Positions 41,149 through 48,470 of a stretch of 49,416 bases of DNA are shown here, in pieces. The position numbers and the translations under genes were made by a program. A model generated the notes under the pieces. That model saw only the letters and a program-made list of their open reading frames with translations, did not search any database and was not told where the DNA came from. The DNA lies in NCBI GenBank assembly GCA_016283195.1, contig JAEEML010000004.1, forward strand, positions 1 through 49,416, written 5' to 3'. How positions within the stretch are numbered: the stretch's first letter is position 1; every line of letters begins with the position of its first letter. The stretch comes from Deltaproteobacteria bacterium (GTDB lineage Bacteria; JAEEML01).

Positions 41149-41459
41149 TACTCCTCGGCGGCTTTCTTTTTGAGCGAAGCTATGATTCTGGATTTGGCGG
41201 TAATGGGTTTTAATTGCCCCCGCATCTCCAGAGCGCGGCGCTCGATAGCTCTGATCTGGGCGACAGCTTCTGCCGGCATCCCGGGTAGCTCGTCCATCAT
41301 GGTCAGTTCAGCGCTACCGTCTAGCGTGGTTCCGCTGCGCATGCGTACAACATGCTCTTCTTGTGGCTCCAGCATTAAGAGTTCGTCACTATCTTTTTTG
41401 ACTTTCGTCCTAGTGCGAACTTTAGTGCTGGTGGCCGTCTGCACTGTTTGTCTCGTCAT
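41148..41459 (-). CDS. Small protein with a sigma70 region-4-like segment
   Basis: GGAGG RBS before ATG 41459 (MTRQTVQ...); LEPQEEHVVRMRSG...QIRAIERRAL resembles sigma4 LxxRExxVLRMRFG...RIRQIEAKAL. Confidence 0.6.
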   Translation of the reverse strand: MTRQTVQTATSTKVRTRTKVKKDSDELLMLEPQEEHVVRMRSGTTLDGSAELTMMDELPGMPAEAVAQIRAIERRALEMRGQLKPITAKSRIIASLKKKAAEE

Positions 41460-41684
41460 GACAAATATTCCTCCCGCCGGCCGCTTTCTGAGAACAGACT
41501 CAAAAGTCCGGCTCCGGATACTTTCGCATATTATCACAAAATAGCAATTTTTTGGCACTACTCTTTGTGATTTCTTATAAAATATCTTAAGTTGCATTAG
41601 CTTATTGCCAACCGGCAAGTGGTGCTTACTATTAGGGGGCCATGGACGGACTAAAAGCAGTCAGCCCGGTTAAGGGAGGAAAAA

Positions 41685-42647
41685 ATGGCACAGGATTATT
41701 ATAAAACACTTGGCGTGGAAAAAAATGCCAGCGCCGATGAGATTAAAAAAGCCTATAGAAAACTGGCAATGAAATACCACCCCGACCGCGTGCCGGAGGC
41801 TAAAAAAGCCGAAGCGGAAGCCAAATTTAAGGAAATCAGCGAGGCTTATGCCGTGCTCTCCGATGATAAAAAGCGCCAGCAATATGATACCTTCGGCTCC
41901 GATAACTTTAGCCAGCACTTTAGCCAGCAGGATATCTTTAACAATGCTGATTTCAGCTTCTTGGGTGACCTTTTTGGCGGCGGCGGCAGTGATATTTTTA
42001 GCCGCCTTTTCGGCGGTATGGGCGGCTCCGGCCGGCGGGTAAATATCAATTTTGGTGGCGGAGGCGGCGATATATTCAGCTCCTTTAGTGGCGGCGGTTT
42101 TGGCTCTTCGGGGCGGGGAAACGCCGCCGGCTTTGGTCAGGAAGGGCGCAGTCAAAACAGTGCCACTACCGCCACTTTGGCTATCTCTTTTGAAGAGGCC
42201 GCTTTAGGCGCCGAAAAGTCTCTCACCATAAAAGATACGGCCGGCGGGCAAAGAACCATCAAAGTAAAAATCCCAGCCGGTATCGAAAGCGGGCAAAAGC
42301 TCAGAGTAAAAGGCAGCGGCGGGCGGCCGGATATGTATTTGGAAATAAATGTGCAAAAAAGCCCGATTTTTACCCGCGAGGGCAATAATGTCCATGTGCA
42401 AGTTAGAGCCTCTATTTGGGATCTTATCCTTGGCGGCGGAGTGGAAGTGCCGCTCATTGGCGCTCCGGGGCGGCGTATCAAGATAAAAGCCGGTACTCAG
42501 CCGGGTACGGTAATGCGCCTCGCCGGGCTGGGGATTGCGCCCAAGAGCGCGAGCCCCGGCGATTTGCTCGTGACTATAGAGGCGGCTATCCCGCCGCTTA
42601 GTGCGGAGCAAACGGAACTTTGTAAGAAGATAAGGGATAATAATTAA
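41685..42647 (+). CDS. DnaJ-class chaperone lacking the zinc finger (CbpA/class B J-protein)
   Basis: J domain with HPD, G/F-rich region, C-terminal substrate-binding domains, no CxxCxGxG repeats. Confidence 0.92.
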   Translation: MAQDYYKTLGVEKNASADEIKKAYRKLAMKYHPDRVPEAKKAEAEAKFKEISEAYAVLSDDKKRQQYDTFGSDNFSQHFSQQDIFNNADFSFLGDLFGGGGSDIFSRLFGGMGGSGRRVNINFGGGGGDIFSSFSGGGFGSSGRGNAAGFGQEGRSQNSATTATLAISFEEAALGAEKSLTIKDTAGGQRTIKVKIPAGIESGQKLRVKGSGGRPDMYLEINVQKSPIFTREGNNVHVQVRASIWDLILGGGVEVPLIGAPGRRIKIKAGTQPGTVMRLAGLGIAPKSASPGDLLVTIEAAIPPLSAEQTELCKKIRDNN

Positions 42648-43288
42648 ATTTTTTCAAGCAGATCCTCCATGTCGCAGCCTAACGCCAGGGAAAGTTTATA
42701 AATCGTCTGCGCCTGAGCTTTGTCGATGTCGTTTACTCTCTGCTCATAAAGCTGGATGGAGTGCAGCCCCACTCCCGATGCAGCCGATAGTTCCGACTGG
42801 GAAAAGCCCCTGTTTGGGCGGATATTTTTCAAATTCGTGCTGATAGAGCGCTCCGCAATTTTTTTATCCATCGCCTCGATAAAAGCGGTTATGTCCATTT
42901 CGTGATAGACGCTATACATTTTTATTATCTCGGAAAGCGGAACTTTGCCGAAAATTGCCTTAAAACTCTTTGCCGCCTGCCACTGATACTGCGCCAAAGC
43001 CTAGCCTGCCCAGTATTCAGGCGATCGGTTTGGCGAGAACACAGCTTCCGGAAGCTTACGGCCCGGATCGACCTTTTCAACAATGGAGCGAACAAGTTCA
43101 ATTCCCGATTTTCCGGCGATAACCGAAGGGTTTCCACGGCCGAATTTGTCGCTTATGCCGGACACAATAAAGAGCTCGGCAAATTCATCTGGTTTGAAGC
43201 CGCAGCTATTTAGCGCATAATCAAAAGCGATTGCCAGCGAGCTTTCTGCACTACCCAAATAAAGTTCACTGTATGCGCGGATCGCCAT
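42644..43288 (-). pseudogene. XRE-family HTH regulator (DUF3990-associated) with an internal nonsense codon
   Basis: ORFs 43001..43288 and 42644..42997 share a frame, separated by TAG at 43001-43003 (EYWAG*ALAQYQW, probably TGG>TAG); C-terminal HTH SQSELSAASGV...IQLYEQ. Confidence 0.75.
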
Positions 43289-43934
43289 TTTTCATGCCCT
43301 CCCGGATAATATCCATCACAAAAATACTTTTAGCTACTACTAAATGACGAAGTTCATTTTTATAAGCCGCGCGCGCCTTGGCATACGCGCCGTGTATTTC
43401 TGGTAGTAAGTTTCGCACCTTACTGTTTCAGTACCGGCAAAAGTTAGCTGGCCGAAGGCTTTATCCGAAACGAGGGCATACTGAATGCCGAGTTTTCCCA
43501 GGCGCATCGCTTTTTCCAGGCTTGCCAGCGGCAGAGTGTTGTTGATGAAGTCTCTGGCAAAAGAAAAATAGGAGTCGTCTGCGCGGTAGCCAACGATTAC
43601 ATCAAAAGGAGCGGTATCAATAGCGAAGTTGTTTACAAGATATTCCTTGGCCGCCGCCGCAATTGCGTTTTCCAGCGAAAAATTCTGTTTTGCAGCAAGA
43701 TGGCTAGCCAATTCAGAACATTGTAACATTTGTCCTGCATATCGAGCACTTTAAGCCCGCTTTTTCTTAAACTGTATTTATTGACGAAACCATTGCTGTT
43801 TTCTCTGGAGGCCCACTCTTTGGCAACTTCGATCTCCTTGGTGCAGTAGAATCCCTGCCCGTAGTCGTTGTGTTTTTTCCCGGCTGCAAGAGTTGGTTTC
43901 TCAATGATTTTCGTTGAACCATGGATAAAATCAT
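43266..43934 (-). pseudogene. DUF3990-family protein with three apparent 1-bp deletions
   Basis: Reconstructs as MIL[Y]HGSTKIIEKP...DYGQGFYCT...NRIF/SLEN...GYRADDSYFSFA...R[D]AKARAAY...DIIREGMKNGDPRIQ; frame breaks near 43924, 43680 and 43384. Confidence 0.75.
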
Positions 43935-43949
43935 AATGCGGCTCCAATT

Positions 43950-43997
43950 TTGTATCACCATAATGATACAATTTTTTGTATCATTGTGGTGATATTT
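43950..43997. promoter_or_regulatory. Double palindromic operator upstream of the DUF3990/XRE module
   Basis: TTGTATCA-N6-TGATACAA (43950-43971) and TTGTATCA-N6-TGATATTT (43976-43997), together forming a 19-bp inverted repeat with one mismatch. Confidence 0.7.
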
Positions 43998-44125
43998 TTG
44001 TCAAACATGGATGCGGATTAGAGGATATAACAATGTGTGCACTTGTTTTTTGCTGGTGCAAAAGCAGCAAAAAACAAATATTTGCGGGAAAAATGCAAAC
44101 TCTATCACATAATATGTCTTTTTAG

Positions 44126-44152
44126 TTGACTCAAAAAAAAAAAAAATAGACT
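44126..44152 (+). promoter_or_regulatory. Putative sigma70 promoter with an A14 tract in the spacer
   Basis: TTGACT (44126-44131), C + A14 (44132-44146), TAGACT (44147-44152), about 75 nt upstream of ATG 44226. Confidence 0.6.
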
Positions 44153-44225
44153 AATTTATGTTAGATTGTATCAAAACGTCTAACACTGGCATATTTAAGC
44201 CTTTAAACAGGCCGAGGAGGGCAAG

Positions 44226-44882
44226 ATGAGGCGGACAATCTTAGTAATGGGTGTCTTACTCTTACCGTTTTTGTTGAGCAGCTGTTCCGATAAACCGGAA
44301 CAGAATGTGCCGCGTACAAGAGGAGTTAGCGAAGCATGTGACGACACCAAAAATCTCTGTGTGGCCGGGCTATATTGCGACAACGGCAAATGCCGCGAAA
44401 TGTGCAACGAAAATGTTCCCTGCGGCAGTAATGAAAAATGCGTTGATAATCGCTGTTTGCCTTGGAGCAATCCTGGTAGCAACACCGATGAGCCGGGCAG
44501 TAACACTGATAATCCCGGTAGTAACACCGATGAGCCGGGCAGCAATACCGATCTTCCAGGCACGCAATCACTGGGCGATAATTGCGATGCGCAAAATAAA
44601 TGTGCTTCCGGCCTCTCCTGCCTTGGCGGCACTTGTCACCAAAACTGCCAAGATAGCGCAGAATGCCAAACAGGCGAAGAGTGTAGAAACAGTATGTGCC
44701 AATTGCCACAAATAGCCGGGGAAACAAACAAAGTAGCTCTGCCGGCCGGCGGCGGGCTCACTAATATGTCGGGAAAAGCCAGTGATGGCCGTTACAAAGT
44801 GCAAATTTTAGGCGGCTCCATTGCCGGTAGGTCTAAAGACAATAACAAATCAGTGCAACTTAACGATGGCGCCTGGAAATAG
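44226..44882 (+). CDS. Cys-rich lipoprotein B, partner of fibre B
   Basis: GAGGAGG RBS; lipobox LSSC; Cys modules; C-terminal domain paralogous to 36615..37277. Confidence 0.82.
   Translation: MRRTILVMGVLLLPFLLSSCSDKPEQNVPRTRGVSEACDDTKNLCVAGLYCDNGKCREMCNENVPCGSNEKCVDNRCLPWSNPGSNTDEPGSNTDNPGSNTDEPGSNTDLPGTQSLGDNCDAQNKCASGLSCLGGTCHQNCQDSAECQTGEECRNSMCQLPQIAGETNKVALPAGGGLTNMSGKASDGRYKVQILGGSIAGRSKDNNKSVQLNDGAWK
44469..44561 (+). repeat. 21-bp tandem repeat (42-bp higher-order unit) encoding (N/E)PGSNTD x4
   Basis: NPGSNTD EPGSNTD NPGSNTD EPGSNTD LPG. Confidence 0.9.
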
Positions 44883-44900
44883 AGCGCAAAGGAGAAAGCT

Positions 44901-46298
44901 ATGAAAAAGAGTGTATTAACAGGTCTCACAGCTCTAGGGCTCTTGCTTGGAAGTAGTACCTTGGCCAGTGCCGCCGTGCCACTTTCCTTTACTCATCACG
45001 GCCTGCTTTGGGACGGCGATGAGCTGATGAATGGCCAGGTAAATATTACCGCCACCATTTACAAGAGCAAGAGTGCTTCTGCCGTGGCTATTAAGGAAGT
45101 TACCAAACAGGTTACTGTGGAAAATGGATTTTATAACCTCACCATAGACGATATTGATCCGGAAGCCATTATTGCCGCCGATGGCAAAATGGAGCTCGGC
45201 ATTAAAGTTGGTGATGGTAATGAAATGACGCCGCGCATAGCTATCTCCTCAGTGCCGTTTGCTATTTTGGCTGCTCATGCCGATAGTGCAAGTACAGCCA
45301 CTACAGCCGAGACAGCCGGGGGGTTAATTTGTGACCGTTGTGTTGGTGAAGAATTACTTTCTGCCGAACTCGCACAACAATTGGCTAATAGTGGTAATAC
45401 CAGTGGTGACTTAGTGGTTGCTAATAATTCCATTACTACTGAGATGATTCAAAATGGTGCTGTCACCAAGGACAAAGTAAACTTCAATTATGCCGGCTCC
45501 AGCAGCAAAGGTGGTTCGGCTACCAGCGCTGTTAAATTAGATACTGCTACCGCTGGTACTGCGGCAAAGCCTGTTTATTTTACAGGTGGTAAACCGGAAG
45601 TTGTCACCAGCATTGATAGCAGCTTAATCTCTGGTATTAAGCCAGCGAATTTGGATAAAACAGCAATGCTTGACTACCTCTATCCTGTTGGTTCTATTTA
45701 TATTTCTGTCTCTTCTAACAATCCGAGCACCCATCTTGGTGGAACGTGGGAACAAATAAAGGATAGATTTATGCTGGCTGCCGGTACAACATACGCTGCT
45801 GGAAGTACTGGTGGCAGTGCTACTGTCAGTCATACTCATACCGTAACTGGTACTAATTCCGCAGTAACACTCACTTCAAGTCATATTCCTCAGCATACTC
45901 ATACTTTTTCAGGAACTGCCGCTACTATAACCGTAACCGGTGGTAGCCATTCACATACTATATTTGCAAACACTAATGGCAGTCCTGACGGACAGGGTGA
46001 TCATAATGCCAGTACCGGTCCGAATCGCTACTGGAATGGAGCTAAGGTACAAAACCAAAATGGTAGTGTATATTCAAATCCTTATAGTGGTAGTAATACT
46101 TCTAACACCAAACCTCTAACAGATGTTTCAGGTTCTTTGTCTCTGTCAGGTTCTTATACTCCCAAAGGAACACTTTCCTCTTACGGTTCCGCTTCACCAA
46201 GTTCTCATACCCACACTTTTTCAGGCACTGCAGCTTCAACAAGTGTTAGCAATATGCCGCCGTACCTCGTCGTTTATGTCTGGAAACGCACCAAGTAA
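44901..46298 (+). CDS. Secreted fibre/adhesin-like protein B with a phage tail-collar/baseplate-type C-terminal domain
   Basis: Signal peptide ending ASA; N-domain shared with fibre A; C-terminal YPVGSIYIS....P....GGTWEQIKDRF.LAAG...GSTGG...NMPPYLVVYVWKRT with four HxH motifs. Confidence 0.82.
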   Translation: MKKSVLTGLTALGLLLGSSTLASAAVPLSFTHHGLLWDGDELMNGQVNITATIYKSKSASAVAIKEVTKQVTVENGFYNLTIDDIDPEAIIAADGKMELGIKVGDGNEMTPRIAISSVPFAILAAHADSASTATTAETAGGLICDRCVGEELLSAELAQQLANSGNTSGDLVVANNSITTEMIQNGAVTKDKVNFNYAGSSSKGGSATSAVKLDTATAGTAAKPVYFTGGKPEVVTSIDSSLISGIKPANLDKTAMLDYLYPVGSIYISVSSNNPSTHLGGTWEQIKDRFMLAAGTTYAAGSTGGSATVSHTHTVTGTNSAVTLTSSHIPQHTHTFSGTAATITVTGGSHSHTIFANTNGSPDGQGDHNASTGPNRYWNGAKVQNQNGSVYSNPYSGSNTSNTKPLTDVSGSLSLSGSYTPKGTLSSYGSASPSSHTHTFSGTAASTSVSNMPPYLVVYVWKRTK

Positions 46299-46358
46299 TA
46301 TTTAGCAATACAGTTAGTGTCCAAATGCTATGGTAGCCTCACCACGAAAAATACTTGT

Positions 46359-46557
46359 AAATTCAGGCATATTTCCCTTTCACACTGTGGGAGGGGACAA
46401 AACAACAGCTGATAAGTTTTATGTTCCAATAAGTGGAGCCCCTCGCTGCTTGGGAGAATGGCGATTTTATTAAGAAATTCACTAAGTTAGGAGGTGGGCC
46501 TGCGCAGCGCTCTCGGCATGTCGAGCCAAAAAATTTGGGCGAACCACCAGCGAAAAC
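46359..46557 (+). repeat. ~200-bp conserved non-coding element, copy B
   Basis: Aligns to the reverse complement of 35341-35550; same position and orientation relative to its fibre gene as copy A. Confidence 0.85.
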
Positions 46558-46580
46558 AGGAGGACTAACTGTCTCACCAC

Positions 46581-46642
46581 TGTGTCACCTGACACACTTT
46601 GGCACACTTTTGACACACCTGACACACTTTTGACACACTTTG
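46581..46642. repeat. Array of short TGACACAC(TTT) direct repeats plus one inverted copy
   Basis: TGTGTCA-CC-TGACACACTT TGGCACACTTT TGACACACC TGACACACTTT TGACACACTTTG; period 9-11 bp. Confidence 0.85.
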
Positions 46643-46764
46643 TTAAAACCACACAAAATGCGTTAAAGACTCATAATTACAACTGGTTATATGCTTTTTG
46701 AAGTTTGGCACGCAATTTGCATTCAGATTGGCCGGCCAGACTATCTGGCAAAAAGGAGCTATTT

Positions 46765-47865
46765 ATGCGCATTCGAGTTACTAATGATGTCATCTTTCGT
46801 GCCCTCTTTGGCAACCCGGCCCACAAAGAGGTTCTCCTGGCCCTTATCAATGCTGTTTTTGACGACAGCGGCTCGGAACTCATTAAAAGTATCGAGATTA
46901 TCTCGCCTTATAACCTGCCGGAGGTCTATAGCGACAAAGAGAGCATTTGCGATATCAAAGCCATAAGTGAAAGCGGAAAGATTATCGACATCGAAATGCA
47001 GGTTTTGCGAAGGGCCGATTATATCGACCGCTCCCTTTATTACTGCGCCCATAATTTAAGCTCGCAGCTTAAAAGAAGCGAATCTTATAGCGAACTGCAC
47101 CAGGTAATCTGCATCAGCATTTTGGATTTTGACCTCTTCCCCGACGATGAAGAGCCGCACCACACCGCCCAGATGGTGGACCGCATAACCGGCGAGCCCC
47201 TAAGTGAAAAGATGACTATTCACTTTCTGGAGCTCCAAAAAGCGGAAAAATATGCTAATATTACGGCCGAACTTGCCGCCTGGGTGCGCTTTTTTGCTCA
47301 TGCGCACGAGGAGGATTACATGGAGAGCGCGGTTTCGGCCATCGGTGAGGCCCATAGCTTTTACCTTGAACTACTGAACAACACCAAGCTGGTGGGAATT
47401 GCTGCCGATCGTGAACGGGCCTATCGTGACTGGATATCGCTGATTAAGAATAAGGAAAAGGATGATAAGAGAATAGCCGAAGCTAAGCAGGAAATTGCCA
47501 AAGATAAGCGGGAAATAGCCAAAGATAAGCAGGAAATAGCTGAAGCCAAGAAAGAAATAACTGAAGCCAAGGAAGAAATAGCTGAAGCTAAGGAAGAAAT
47601 AGCCGAAGCTAAGGAAGAAATAGCCGAAGCCGAGCAGAAAATAGCCAAGGATAAGCAGGAGATAGCCAAGGACAAGAAAGAACTGGACTTAATTCGTATT
47701 CAGCTTGGGCAGGGACAAGCTGAATTGAAAAATCAAAAACAGCTTGTTTACGATCAAGGAAAACATGAGAAAGCCGTGACTCTGGCCAAAAAATTCATGG
47801 CTCTAGGCCACAGTAAAGAAGAAGCCGCGAAATTTGCGGAAATTGATGTGAAATTGCTTGATTAG
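46765..47865 (+). CDS. Rpn family recombination-promoting nuclease / PD-(D/E)xK putative transposase
   Basis: AAGGAG RBS before ATG 46765; NDVIF..LFG, K.SICDI.A, IDIEMQ, RSLYY, ISILDF, IHFLEL.K; C-terminal coiled coil and helical tail. Confidence 0.9.
   Translation: MRIRVTNDVIFRALFGNPAHKEVLLALINAVFDDSGSELIKSIEIISPYNLPEVYSDKESICDIKAISESGKIIDIEMQVLRRADYIDRSLYYCAHNLSSQLKRSESYSELHQVICISILDFDLFPDDEEPHHTAQMVDRITGEPLSEKMTIHFLELQKAEKYANITAELAAWVRFFAHAHEEDYMESAVSAIGEAHSFYLELLNNTKLVGIAADRERAYRDWISLIKNKEKDDKRIAEAKQEIAKDKREIAKDKQEIAEAKKEITEAKEEIAEAKEEIAEAKEEIAEAEQKIAKDKQEIAKDKKELDLIRIQLGQGQAELKNQKQLVYDQGKHEKAVTLAKKFMALGHSKEEAAKFAEIDVKLLD
47470..47679 (+). repeat. Ten 21-bp tandem repeats encoding heptads EIA(EA/KD)K(E/Q)
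   Basis: RIAEAKQ EIAKDKR EIAKDKQ EIAEAKK EITEAKE EIAEAKE EIAEAKE EIAEAEQ KIAKDKQ EIAKDKK. Confidence 0.9.
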
Positions 47866-47965
47866 TCAGTAATAATTGCCCAGCGGTGCCTAGCTTAAGA
47901 ATAGCGCGATTCGCCAGCCTGCGGCGCCCTTACCCCACGAAAAATGGAAATTATAGCCGCGCACC

Positions 47966-47989
47966 CTCTCTGTTTTTACAAATAGAGAG
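47966..47989. terminator. Stem-loop downstream of the rpn gene, possible terminator
   Basis: CTCTCTGTTT-TTAC-AAATAGAGAG, 10-bp stem with one G-U pair; no clear U tract. Confidence 0.35.
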
Positions 47990-48095
47990 AGTCTATTTGA
48001 TTGAATTTATATGATTTTGCGGAGCTGCCCAGCAAGCTGAATCCGGGCGGTGTTCTGACCCCCAAAATTTGGACACCTTAACTTGAGGTGCAAAA

Positions 48096-48470
48096 ATGCT
48101 AAGTCAGTATATGAAAGAGTTGCGGGAAGAGATTCTAAAAGAGTATGAATTAGGAGTTTATGGTTACCGGTTGCTAGCGAAGCGGTACGGACTAAAGCGA
48201 GATACCGTCAGGGATTGGGTTAGAGCAGCTCGCAAAAAAGGAAACACAGTGGGAAAGCCAAAAGCAAAACTTAACAGGGAAAAGCCTAAAGATATAAAGC
48301 AAATGACTCGTGAAGAGCTTGAAGAAGAGCTTGATCTATCCAGGCATGCTGCTGACTTTTGGGAGTTTTACGCCAAGGAGCTACTTGAACAAATAAAAGA
48401 AGAAAGTAAAAAAAAGTGCAATTGGAACTCTCGACAAATACTGTCAACAAAAGAAAGTAAGCGTCAATAA
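48096..48470 (+). CDS. IS3 transposase OrfA (HTH)
   Basis: GYRLLAKRYGLKRDTVRDWV helix-turn-helix, leucine-zipper-like region, A8G run at 48408-48416. Confidence 0.8.
   Translation: MLSQYMKELREEILKEYELGVYGYRLLAKRYGLKRDTVRDWVRAARKKGNTVGKPKAKLNREKPKDIKQMTREELEEELDLSRHAADFWEFYAKELLEQIKEESKKKCNWNSRQILSTKESKRQ

Noticed and set aside
41460-41684. CIRCE element upstream of the J-domain gene
   Set aside because: No TTAGCACTC-N9-GAGTGCTAA match.
35610-46298. Diversity-generating retroelement or shufflon as the source of fibre tip variation
   Set aside because: No reverse transcriptase, no template/variable repeat pair differing at adenines, and no invertase or short crossover sites were recognised.
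44901-46298. Prophage or tailocin
   Set aside because: No other phage structural, lysis or integrase genes are nearby, and the protein has a signal peptide.
46433-46633. 66-aa ORF across element B and the TGACACAC array
   Set aside because: The GTG start is GCG in copy A, indels between the copies break the frame, and the tail is just the translated repeat.
46581-46642. Possible CRISPR array
   Set aside because: Repeats are ~10 bp with no spacers and no cas genes are in the window; the 21-bp repeats at 44469 and 47470 are coding tandem repeats.
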